Origin: Bradymonadia bacterium
Lineage (GTDB): Bacteria > Myxococcota_A > Bradymonadia > UBA7976 > UBA1532
Direction of reading: 5' to 3'
Length of the DNA: 64,000 nucleotides
Assembly (NCBI GenBank): GCA_046290225.1
Contig: JBKAGE010000080.1
Coordinates: 32,001 to 96,000 of the forward strand
Positions 49,301 to 58,100 of the stretch are shown piece by piece (within the stretch, counting starts at the first letter, position 1; every line of letters begins with the position of its first letter). A program made the translations under genes and the position numbers. Under the pieces are notes generated by a model. That model ran no database searches. It was not told the DNA's origin and was given only the letters and a program-made list of their open reading frames with translations.

Positions 49301-49717
49301 CTGGTCGGGATCCGTGGGCACCCCTTCGAGCCACTTCGCCAGCTCGGGCCCTGGCTCACCTGTGGCGAGGTAGGGGGCCACCTCGGCGCCGAGGCCGTCG
49401 GGGTACTCGAAGGGCAGATGCTGGCAGCGCTCGTCCACATAGAAGTCGAAGGGGTTCACCGGCTGGATGTCGGCCACCACTTCGACCTCGATGCCCATCT
49501 CGGTGATGGGCTCGTCGGCGAACGTCAGCCGCAGAACCCGGTTGCCCCACGGGTCTTGCTGCCAGTGCGCGCGGGCCTCCTCGGGGCTCACCTCAAGGGC
49601 GTACGTCAAGATGTGCGTCCGGGTGTGCTGCACCGGGTGCAGCCGGATCACGTGAGGGCCCAACATGGCAGGGGCGTCGTAGAGATAGCGGGTGTGGTGG
49701 CGAACGCGAATGCGCAC
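46385..49717 (-). CDS. Transglutaminase fused to DUF2126 putative amidoligase
   Basis: GTG start with AGGAGG RBS; GSCRDSA, LHAWAE, LTMGGEPT, PDPGVIEVN, GGGHHLTLGG, GNTHRAE, ELRAFEMPP. Confidence 0.9.
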   Translation of the reverse strand: MRIRVRHHTRYLYDAPAMLGPHVIRLHPVQHTRTHILTYALEVSPEEARAHWQQDPWGNRVLRLTFADEPITEMGIEVEVVADIQPVNPFDFYVDERCQHLPFEYPDGLGAEVAPYLATGEPGPELAKWLEGVPTDPDQYVVDYLVALNTKVAQTVDYVIRMEPGVWTSEETLLNGRGSCRDSAVLLVDALRARGLAARFVSGYLVQLTDEGIIPDLPKGVTQDVVDLHAWAEVYLPGAGWVGLDGTSGLLCGEGHIPLACTASPLQAAPITGTASSMGQLDVQMTVERLGHEPSPRKPLTEDQWSALKATGDRVDAIIEGHGVTLTMGGEPTWTSREHPREKEWITEALGPTKWAQGLRFAEALQQRFGEGGLPLSRMGKLYPGESLPRWNLELWWRTDGVPLWKNPERLGFANPVSRDGSVGAPAETHDRLEAEAKALGEALCATLGVAPNLHAAYEDPWHFTTQEQALPVDVDPLKADLTDSEERRRLARVLDRGLGRPAGQVIPLTWDGARWASNRWSFRRGELYLIPGDSPVGLRLPLDRITGQAGTLVPRDVTEPQGALPDPAKIEGQQPGQTPAAVTYPVGPWLPPLTALVIEPDAQSQTLNLFLPPLPDADRFVVLLDAIEGALESAGIETAVRLEGYPPPKDSRLSSILVSPDPGVIEVNLPVTSRFADYVKLSETLSDAANHSGLSTEKYQLDGREVGSGGGHHLTLGGPSTTESVFLQRPDVMAGFLKLVQRHPCMSYFFTGLFVGPTSQAPRIDEARMEVLDELELALDRLVQNPGYAQMAPPWLVDRALRNLLVDVSGNTHRAEICIDKLYSPAHAAGRQGIIELRAFEMPPHERMAAAQMLLVRALVARCLAGPVPGGFVRWGHQLHDRFMLPHFLWADLLDLLGELRSHGIELDPEWFRPFIEYRFPIMGRLTLPEGINVEIRPALEPWPVLGEEPTGGTVSRFVDSSLERLQLKVTGFTEGRHVLMVNGLAVPLHPTDVVGEQIAGVKFRAWQPAHCLHPSIGVHHPLHFDVVDTWHQRSLGRCTYHVWHPEGRAFEDPPLTAFEAGARRAQRFTIHGNARSPVRPLASSVYPRHPYTLDLRLYPVDRPLYIYD

Positions 49718-49867
49718 AGCGGGCCTCCTGAGAACACCGAGAGCCAGGGTGAGGGCGCCGACCACCTTGACCGGCCGGGCAGCGTTGGCATACGACACCC
49801 CCACGGGCCCTGCAAGGCGTTCCCCACACGCGCCACAGGCCTGTCACCGACTGGAGGCACGCCTGCC

Positions 49868-51343
49868 ATGGACGCCCTCTTCGATCAGTATCGCCCGCTC
49901 CCCCACACCGAGGACGAGTGCTGTGAGCGATCCGGCGCCCCGAGATCGGCCACGGCTCGGGTGGTGGACGATCTCGAAGCCCTCGGCCGCGACGAACTGC
50001 AGCGCCGGCAGCTCATCGCCGACACCGCCTTTCGCCGCGGCGGGGTCACCTTCTCGGTCTACGCCAGCGACGAGGGCGTGGAGAAGGTGTTCCCCTTCGA
50101 TCTCATCCCCCGGATCATCCCCGGCGACACCTGGGCCGAGCTGGAGCGTGGGCTGATTCAGCGGGTCGAGGCCCTGAACCTGTTCCTGCTCGACATTTAC
50201 GGTGACCAGAAGATCCTCGAGGCGGGCATCATCCCTCGGGACTTCATCGAAGGATCCACAGGCTATCTGCCCGAAATGCGGGGGGTGCGGCCCCCTGGCG
50301 ATCTGCACATCCACGTGGGGGGCATCGATCTCATCCGCGGCGGCGACGGGGTGTATCGGGTCCTCGAGGACAACATCCGCACCCCCTCGGGGGTGTCGTA
50401 CGTGCTCGAGAACCGCGAGGTGATGAAGCGGGTGTTGCCCCGAGTGTTCGGCGAGGCCCACGTGCGCCCCGTCGATCAATACCCCCGCAAGCTGCGGGAG
50501 GCGCTGTGCTCGATGTCGCCCCTCGACGCCGATGACGTGAACCTCGTGGTGCTCACTCCGGGGGCCTACAACTCCGCATATTTCGAGCACACCTTCCTGG
50601 CCCGGAGCATGGGCTGCGATCTGGTGCAGGCGAGCGACTTGTATGTGGGCCGTGACGATCGGGTCTATGTGAAGACCACCCGCGGCCCTCGCCGGGTCGA
50701 TGTCATCTATCGACGCATCGACGACGACTTCCTCGATCCCGAGGTGTTCCGCAAGGACAGCCTGCTCGGAGTACCAGGCATCGTGCGGGCCTACGCCCGG
50801 GGCAAGGTGGTGCTGGCCAACGGCATCGGGAACGGGGTGGCCGACGACAAGGCCATCTACCCCTTCGTGCACGACATGATCCGGTTCTACCTCGGGCAGG
50901 AGCCCCTGCTCGAGCAGGTGAAGACCTATGTCTGCGCTCGCCCCGACGAGCTGGCGTACACCCTCACCCACCTCGACGCGCTGGTGGTGAAGGCCGTCGA
51001 CGCCTCTGGAGGCTATGGCATGCTCATGGGCCCCTCGGCCACGGCGGAAGAGCGCGCCGAGTTCACCCAACGCATCAAAGACAATCCTCGGGGCTACATC
51101 GCTCAGCCGCTGGTGCAGCTGTCCACCTGCCCCACCTGGACCGATGAGGGCGTCGCCCCCCGGCGGGTCGACTTGCGGCCCTTCATCGTCACCGGCAAGC
51201 ACGGCAGCTATGTGCTCCCTGGCGGCCTCACCCGGGTGGCTCTGGAGGCGGGATCCTATGTCGTGAACTCCAGCCAAGGGGGCGGCTCAAAGGACACCTG
51301 GGTCCTCGACGAGTCACCCGCACATACAGGAGACCGCTCATGA
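49868..51343 (+). CDS. Circularly permuted type 2 ATP-grasp protein
   Basis: FPFDLIPRII, VLEDNIRTPSGVSY, LTPGAYNSAYFEH, VIYRRIDD, GVADDK, PGGLTRV, NSSQGGGSKDTW; GGAGG RBS before ATG 49868. Confidence 0.93.
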   Translation: MDALFDQYRPLPHTEDECCERSGAPRSATARVVDDLEALGRDELQRRQLIADTAFRRGGVTFSVYASDEGVEKVFPFDLIPRIIPGDTWAELERGLIQRVEALNLFLLDIYGDQKILEAGIIPRDFIEGSTGYLPEMRGVRPPGDLHIHVGGIDLIRGGDGVYRVLEDNIRTPSGVSYVLENREVMKRVLPRVFGEAHVRPVDQYPRKLREALCSMSPLDADDVNLVVLTPGAYNSAYFEHTFLARSMGCDLVQASDLYVGRDDRVYVKTTRGPRRVDVIYRRIDDDFLDPEVFRKDSLLGVPGIVRAYARGKVVLANGIGNGVADDKAIYPFVHDMIRFYLGQEPLLEQVKTYVCARPDELAYTLTHLDALVVKAVDASGGYGMLMGPSATAEERAEFTQRIKDNPRGYIAQPLVQLSTCPTWTDEGVAPRRVDLRPFIVTGKHGSYVLPGGLTRVALEAGSYVVNSSQGGGSKDTWVLDESPAHTGDRS

Positions 51344-52350
51344 TCTCCCGCGTCGCCGAGCACTGTGTGTGGCTGATGCGCCACGTGGAGCGGGCCGAGA
51401 GCGCCGCCCGCATGTTGATGGTGAACCGCGCCCTGGTCCCCGGTGAAGGGGCGCTGGCCCCAGCCCGCTGGCACCCTCTGGTCATCGCCGCCGGCGAAGA
51501 AGACAACTTCATCGACCGGTTCTCCCGGGCAGCCCTCAACGACGGCGAGCAGGTGCAGGCCTACCTCACCTGGGACAAGCAGTGCGCCGTGAGCCTGCGC
51601 AGCGCCATCTTCTGGGCCCGGGAGAACGCCCGGCACATCAGGGAGACCCTCACCCTGGAGATGTGGGAGAGCCTCAACGTGATGTGGCTCTGGCTCACCG
51701 AAGGCGAAGCCCGAGCGCTCTACGACGCCGAGCGGCACCGCATGTACGAGCAGGTCCGCGAGGGCTGCCAGCAGTTCCACGGCGCCCTCGACGGCACCCT
51801 GCCCCGGACCACGGCCTACCAGTTCATGCAGCTGGGCAAGTGGCTCGAGCGCGGCGGCCAGACCGCGCGCCTGCTCGACGTGCATCACTATGTGCTGCAC
51901 CGGGACGATGGCCTGCCCCCTTCTCCCCTTGAGGCAGCGAAGTGGCAAGCGGTCTTGCGCAGCTGCTCCGCCCACGACGCGTTGCTCAAGGTCAGCCGCA
52001 AGCCGTTCTCGGGACGCTCCATCGCCCAGTTCCTGATGCTCGATCCGCACTTTCCCCGTTCGATCCGGTACTGCCTCGAGCGGGCCCTCGAGACCCTCAA
52101 GGGCATTCACCCCGAAGAGGGGCCCCACCTCGGCGCCAGCACCCGACAGCGGCTCGGCACCCTCGTGGGCGATCTCACCGGTCGATCCATCGACGAGCAC
52201 CTCGATCGTGGGCTGCAGCACAGTCTCACCGACATCATCGACCGCACGGCGATGGTGTTCAGCGCCGTGCAACAGGACTACTTCGAGCCCCCCATCGACT
52301 TGAGCACCCCCCTGCCCCCTGTGCCCACCCCCCTCGCCGACCTGCAGTAG
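51340..52350 (+). CDS. Alpha-E domain protein
   Basis: MISRVAE..W..R.VERAE..AR; ARENAR.IRE; G..LER...TAR.LD; FPRSI; ATGA overlap. Confidence 0.92.
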   Translation: MISRVAEHCVWLMRHVERAESAARMLMVNRALVPGEGALAPARWHPLVIAAGEEDNFIDRFSRAALNDGEQVQAYLTWDKQCAVSLRSAIFWARENARHIRETLTLEMWESLNVMWLWLTEGEARALYDAERHRMYEQVREGCQQFHGALDGTLPRTTAYQFMQLGKWLERGGQTARLLDVHHYVLHRDDGLPPSPLEAAKWQAVLRSCSAHDALLKVSRKPFSGRSIAQFLMLDPHFPRSIRYCLERALETLKGIHPEEGPHLGASTRQRLGTLVGDLTGRSIDEHLDRGLQHSLTDIIDRTAMVFSAVQQDYFEPPIDLSTPLPPVPTPLADLQ

Positions 52351-52358
52351 AGCCATAC

Positions 52359-54185
52359 ATGAGTGAACTCCTGGTGCTGTCCTTCGACAGCCTCGCCTCC
52401 CCCGTGATCCATCTGAAGGGCATCGACCCTGATCGACAGCAGCGGCAGCCCTATGGCTGGGGCATGGCCTGGTACCCTTCTGGGGACAACGCCGCCATGG
52501 TGATCAAAGATCCGACGTCGATCGGCCGCAACGCCATGACGCAGGTGCTCACCGAGTGGCGCCGCTTCAGCTCGTGCACCTTTGTGGCCCACATCATCGG
52601 GGCCGCCAAGCGCCGATCTCAGCAGGACACGCACCCCTTCGTGCGGGCCTACGCTGGCCGCTCCTGGATCATGACCCACAACGGTGATCTCACTGACGAT
52701 TACGCCAAGGGGCTGCCCCTCGATGACGGGCCCCTGTTCCACCCCCTCGGCCGCTCCGATTCGGAGCACGCCTTCTGCTGGCTGCTCCAGCGTATCCACT
52801 CTGTGGGGGCGAGGAACATCCAAGAGGCGGGGTTCGACCGGCTGCACCAGTGGTTCCAGGAGATCAACGCCCTGGGCACCGCCAACTTGGTGCTCTCCGA
52901 CGGCCTCGACACCGTGGTGTACCGGGATCGACAGGGTTTCAACGGTCTGCACTGGATCAGGCGCACGCCGCCGCACCCAACAGCGGCCCTTGAGAGTCGT
53001 CTGATGTCGCTGAGCCTCGACGAGCCGCCGTACGAGAGCCGCACCAGCGTGGTCTTCAGCAGCGAGCCGCTCTCCGATGACGAGGGCTGGGCCGCCATGG
53101 GGCACGGGCAGATGATCGCCACCCGCCGAGGGGCCATCACCTGGGACACCGAGATGCACGGGCGAGATCAAGAGCCTGCCGCCCCCGTGGTGGCCACGCC
53201 GAAGACGCAGCAACCCACGGAGATGCCCATGAGCGCCGAGAGCAACCGCGCCTCGAGTTCGGGTCGCCGCCGCCCCTCACCGGAGGCCGACGCCCCCAAG
53301 GTTCAGCAGGGCCCCACGAGCCGGATCCTCACCGTGGTGCACGAGACTGAGTACGAATACGCCAAGCCCATCGAGCTGAGCCGGCATCTGTTGCGTCTGC
53401 AGCCTGTGCTTGACGAGCAACAGCAGGTGCTCGAGCACTCACTGCTCATCGAGCCCGAGTGCCTGCGCACCGACTTCGAAGATGTCTTCGGCAATCGGGC
53501 CACCCGGCTCGAAGTCGAGGGCTCGTACCATGAGATCAAGTTCGTGAGCACCTCGAAGGTGCGCCTCGTGGCCCCGAGCGATCTCAGTCAGGCTTATGGG
53601 CACCGGCGATCCACCATCCCGCTGGCCTGGATGCCCTGGCAGCGTGAGATGATGCACCCCTACCTGCTGTCACCGGAGCTGCCGGAGACCCAGCTCGAGG
53701 AGCTGTGGCACTACGCCATGAGCTTCGTCGAGCGTCAGGAGTACGATCTCGTCGAGACGCTCTACGACATGAACACCACGCTCTATCAAGACTACGAGTA
53801 CGTCCCCGGCTCCACCCAGCTCGAGACCACCCCCTTCGAGGTCTATGTGCAGCGGAAGGGGGTCTGCCAGGACTTCGCCAACCTGTTCATCTGCCTCGCC
53901 CGGCTGCTCAACATCCCCGCTCGATATCGGGTGGGCTACATCTTCACTGGGGCCGATTACGACAACAAGCTGCAGTCCGAGGCCTCTCACGCCTGGGCCG
54001 AGCTGTATCTGCCAGGCATCGGTTGGCGGGGCTTCGACCCCACCAACGGCTGCCTCGCGGGCCTCGATCACGTGCGGGTGGCCTGCGGCCGAAACTATGT
54101 AGACGCCACCCCCACATCGGGCACCATCTACCGCGGCGGGGGTGGAGAAGTGCTGCGAACCACCGTACGGGTCGAAGAAGCCTGA
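52359..54185 (+). CDS. Class II glutamine amidotransferase-like (Ntn) domain fused to transglutaminase
   Basis: MSELL, GWGMAWY, DTHPF, HNGDL, SDSEHAFC; then HETEYEY, GVCQDFA, SHAWAE, FDPTN, GRNYVD. Confidence 0.88.
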   Translation: MSELLVLSFDSLASPVIHLKGIDPDRQQRQPYGWGMAWYPSGDNAAMVIKDPTSIGRNAMTQVLTEWRRFSSCTFVAHIIGAAKRRSQQDTHPFVRAYAGRSWIMTHNGDLTDDYAKGLPLDDGPLFHPLGRSDSEHAFCWLLQRIHSVGARNIQEAGFDRLHQWFQEINALGTANLVLSDGLDTVVYRDRQGFNGLHWIRRTPPHPTAALESRLMSLSLDEPPYESRTSVVFSSEPLSDDEGWAAMGHGQMIATRRGAITWDTEMHGRDQEPAAPVVATPKTQQPTEMPMSAESNRASSSGRRRPSPEADAPKVQQGPTSRILTVVHETEYEYAKPIELSRHLLRLQPVLDEQQQVLEHSLLIEPECLRTDFEDVFGNRATRLEVEGSYHEIKFVSTSKVRLVAPSDLSQAYGHRRSTIPLAWMPWQREMMHPYLLSPELPETQLEELWHYAMSFVERQEYDLVETLYDMNTTLYQDYEYVPGSTQLETTPFEVYVQRKGVCQDFANLFICLARLLNIPARYRVGYIFTGADYDNKLQSEASHAWAELYLPGIGWRGFDPTNGCLAGLDHVRVACGRNYVDATPTSGTIYRGGGGEVLRTTVRVEEA

Positions 54186-54370
54186 GACATCCGATACAGT
54201 CTCTCGGGTCAAAGGGTGGTCTGGCAGACGTGATTCGACCGCGTCGAAGGTGCTACCATGGCGTGGCCTCTCGGGAGGAGGCCTGAAGAGATGCCCAGAT
54301 CAAGTCCACGGCGACGTCATCGTCCATACGATGTCGCCGTGACGACACACGGCGCGCACCAGGAGGCGTG

Positions 54371-55129
54371 ATGATTCGAAGAGGTTGGTCCCTTGTGCTG
54401 GCGATGTTGTTCATGGTGCCAGCGCTCGGGTGGCTGTCTCCGGCCCATGGCCAGGGCAAGCAGTCGATGGAGGAATTGCGGGATCAGGGCATCCTCTACT
54501 ACAAGCGCGACGTCTACCCTCAGGCGATGAACGTCCTCAACAAGGCCTACAAGGCCAAGGGCGGCAGCCAGGACTTCAAGACGGTCTATTACCGGGGTCG
54601 CACCGCACATCAGATGCTGCTGCTCGAGGTGGCCTTCGAGATGGCCGATCTCGCCCAGAAGCTCGCCGGCGACAACGAGCGGGCCAAGCAGCTCACCGTG
54701 GCCTTCGTCGAAGAGCTCAACAGCCTCTATGGCGCGGTGAACGTCAAGCTGGCCAAAGAAGAGACCAACACGCGGGGCCGGGTGTTCCTCGAGTCGAAGA
54801 CCGGCATCATCAACCGCGAGAAGAAGAAGGTGTTCCTCTCCATCAGAGAGCGCTTCAGGAACACGAACATCGCCTTCCCCACGAAGATCTATCTGCCTTT
54901 CGGCGAGTACACCGCGAACAACATCCCCTTCAAGATCGCCAAGGGCGAGCCCGAGCCCACCGTCGAGGTCTTCCTGCAGATCAAAGACGTGGGCAAGGGC
55001 GGCCTGAGCGGCTGGTGGATCACCGGCATCGCCGGCGCCGCCACCATCGCCGCCGGCGTCGGAGCCTTCTTCTTGTTCCGGGACAACACCGAAACCGTCG
55101 ACCGCGCCAACCTGGGTCTCAACCCCTGA
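54371..55129 (+). CDS. Secreted TPR-like protein with C-terminal membrane segment
   Basis: Signal peptide ending AHG; helical TPR-like pair; WWITGIAGAATIAAGVG. Confidence 0.7.
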   Translation: MIRRGWSLVLAMLFMVPALGWLSPAHGQGKQSMEELRDQGILYYKRDVYPQAMNVLNKAYKAKGGSQDFKTVYYRGRTAHQMLLLEVAFEMADLAQKLAGDNERAKQLTVAFVEELNSLYGAVNVKLAKEETNTRGRVFLESKTGIINREKKKVFLSIRERFRNTNIAFPTKIYLPFGEYTANNIPFKIAKGEPEPTVEVFLQIKDVGKGGLSGWWITGIAGAATIAAGVGAFFLFRDNTETVDRANLGLNP

Positions 55130-55146
55130 GAAAGGAGCCGTAGCTC

Positions 55147-58100
55147 ATGTTCCGTCGGCCATCACACCGCCGCTCGAGCCGGACCTCAGCCTGGGGTGCG
55201 CTGTGCATCGCCACCGCTGCCCTCATCGGTTGTGGCGAAGACATCGAATACAACGATTACAACCTCACGCTCGACATGACCGCCTGCCTCGGGGCCACCC
55301 CGGGCGGCGAGAGCGCCGAAGAGGGTCCGTCGTGTCGAGCCCAGCTCGACCAGACCGTCTCCGACTCTGCAGTGAACGCGTGCATGCTGCTGCGCAACGT
55401 CGAGGCGGATAAAATCGACTACATCCCCCTCTCGTGGCGCAAGGGGGCCGACGCTCAGAGCCCGGGCCGACTGGCCTTCGCCGACGGCGCCAACACCGCC
55501 ATCGAGCTGTCGGTGGGTGCCGTCGTCGAGGCCGAGCTGTACTTCTTCCGCCAGGGCGTCGATGGCGCCCCGCTGTGCGTGAAGGGCGGCGGCCTCGAGA
55601 TGAACGGCGAGTGCACCCCCGACTCCCCGTGCCTGCTCAAGCTCAAGCAGCCCCAGACCGCCATCGCCGGCGGTGAAGACGGCACTCAGTTCGACTTCGG
55701 TCGCCGCGGTGGTGACGGCCAGTGCATCACCGAGGGCTCGCTGATGCCCGCCGGTGACGGCGCCGTCGCCGAGATCTGCGACGGCCTCGACAACGACTGC
55801 GATCTGCAGGTCGACGAAGGCCAGCTGCCCCAGGTGGGCGACAACTGCCCTGAATCCATCGCCGAAGACGGCACCACCCGCCAGGGCATCTGCGCCCCGG
55901 GCAACCTCATCTGCGAGGCGGGCGCCCTCATCTGTCGCAGCGAGACTCTGCCCAATGATCGCGAGCTTTGCGGCAACGGCATCGACGAAGACTGCGACGG
56001 CAACACCGACGAGTCCGATCCCCGCATCTTCTTCACCCCTCCGGGCACCGAAGATCAGCTCATCATGGGCGAGGCCTGCCAGCTCGGTCTCGGGCAGTGT
56101 CTCACCGACGGCATGGTGGTGTGCGACGAGGAGAGCAGCGGCGCCGCCGTGCTCTGCAACGCCGCGCCTCCCCCTGGGGCAGAAGAGGTCTGTGACGCCC
56201 TCGACAACGACTGCGACGGTCGCATGGACGAGGATCTGCTCTACTCCGATCTCGACGTGAACGGGCAGCCCCTCAACCGCAACGTGCCCCTGGGCCGCGT
56301 GTGCACTCAGGGCCTCGGCGAGTGCGAGGCTCAGGGTACCGTGGTGTGCAACCCCGATGGCAACGGCGAGACCATGTGCAACGCCAACGTCATCGAGCCC
56401 ATCGAAGAGATGTGCAACAACCTCGACGATGACTGCGATGGCCAGATCGACGAGACCTTCCCCCTGGGTCAGATGTGCCAAATCGGCAACGGTGAGTGCA
56501 TCTCCCGCGGCGTGCTTGTCTGCACCCAAGATGGCGCCGGTACCGAATGTAACGCGGTGCCGATCCTGCCCGGTGACAACCCGGAGCTCTGCGGTGACAA
56601 CCTCGACAATGACTGTGATGGCATCGTCGACGAGTACCTGAACGGCCGCTTCGAAGACTTCCTCGGTGAAGAGTGCAGCGTGGGCACTGGCGCCTGCTTT
56701 GCTCAGGGCCAGGTGGTGTGCAACGCCGATCGCACCGATGTGGTCTGTGGCGCGGTCGCAGGTGAGCCGGCCCCCAACGACCAGAATTGCAACGGCGTTG
56801 ACGACGACTGTGACGGTGTCAACGACGAGAACTACCCCGAGATCGCCCCTGAAGAAGACTGCGGTGTCGGCGCCTGTGCCGCCTCTGCCCGCTTCATCTG
56901 CGTCGCCGGTGAGGTGGTCAGCGCGTGCCGCAACGGCGAGCCTGCGCCCAACGACGCGGTGTGCAACAGCATCGACGATGACTGCAACGGCGCCGTCGAC
57001 GAAGACTTCCCCTTCACCAACACTACCTGCGGCGTCGGTGAGTGTGTCAGCGCCGGTACGCAGCTGTGCTCCGGTGGTCGGGTCATCGACACCTGTGTGC
57101 CCGGGCAGCCTGCGGTTGCTGATGCGACCTGTGATGGCCGTGACGATGACTGCGATGGCGTCACCGATGAAGACTTCGTCACGAACATCACCCAGTGTGG
57201 CGTGGGCGCCTGCGCTGCCGAGGGTCAGACCCGCTGCGTGAACGGCCGCGTCGAAGACACCTGCACCCCTGCCCCGCCGGCACCGAACGATGCAGTGTGT
57301 GACGGCGTGGACAGCGACTGCGACGCCCGCACCGACGAGCACTACCTCAGCCAGAACACCAACTGTGGTGTGGGCCAGTGCGCCGCCAACGGCCTCACCT
57401 TCTGCGTGAACGGCCAGGTACAGGACTCCTGCCTGCCCGGCCAGCCCGTGGGCAACGACGCCACCTGTGACGGCCGCGACGACGACTGCGACGGCACCAA
57501 CGACGAGGCCTACGTGCGCCTCGACACGCAGTGTGGCATCGGCGAGTGCTTCCGTCTGGGTCGCACCCGCTGCACCAACGGCAGCGTCGTGGACTCCTGC
57601 ACCCCTGCGGCTCCGGCGCAGAACGACGCCAGCTGCAACGGTGAAGACAACGACTGCGATGGCCTCTTCGACGAGAACTTCACCAGCACGCCCACGGAGT
57701 GTGGTGTCGGTGAGTGCTTCAGCCGCGGCCAGACCGTGTGTCAGGGCGGTGTGCCCCTCGACACTTGCGCCGTGGGCCAGCCCGCCAACGATGACGCAGG
57801 CTGTAACGATCGCGACGATGACTGCGACGGTGAGATCGACGAAGACTTCGTGCGGTTCAACACCAACTGCGGCATCGGGGCCTGCGCCCGTCAGGGCTTC
57901 AGTCAGTGCGTCGACGGCAACATCGACCCTGCATGCTTCCCCGGCCAGCCTGAGGACGACGACGCCACCTGCGACGGCGTGGACGACGACTGTGACGGCC
58001 TCACCGACGAGGACTTCGAGCCTGTTCAGGTGAACTGTGGTCAGGGTGCCTGCGCCGCCACGGGCTTCACCACCTGCGTCGGCGGCAACGCGGGCGACAC

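Noticed and set aside
49811..49826. Possible sigma-54 promoter on the minus strand (TGGGGAACGCCTTGCA) for the DUF2126 gene
   Set aside because: The GG-N10-GC spacing fits, but the -24 element is a poor match to TGGCAC; not supportable without transcription start data.
48701..49867. N-terminal 389-aa extension of the ATP-grasp ORF
   Set aside because: It overlaps the DUF2126 gene on the opposite strand; the real start is ATG 49868, which has a GGAGG RBS.
51942..52358. N-terminal extension of the GATase-TGase ORF
   Set aside because: It overlaps alpha-E in another frame, and an Ntn domain needs its nucleophile at the N-terminus, which fits ATG 52359.
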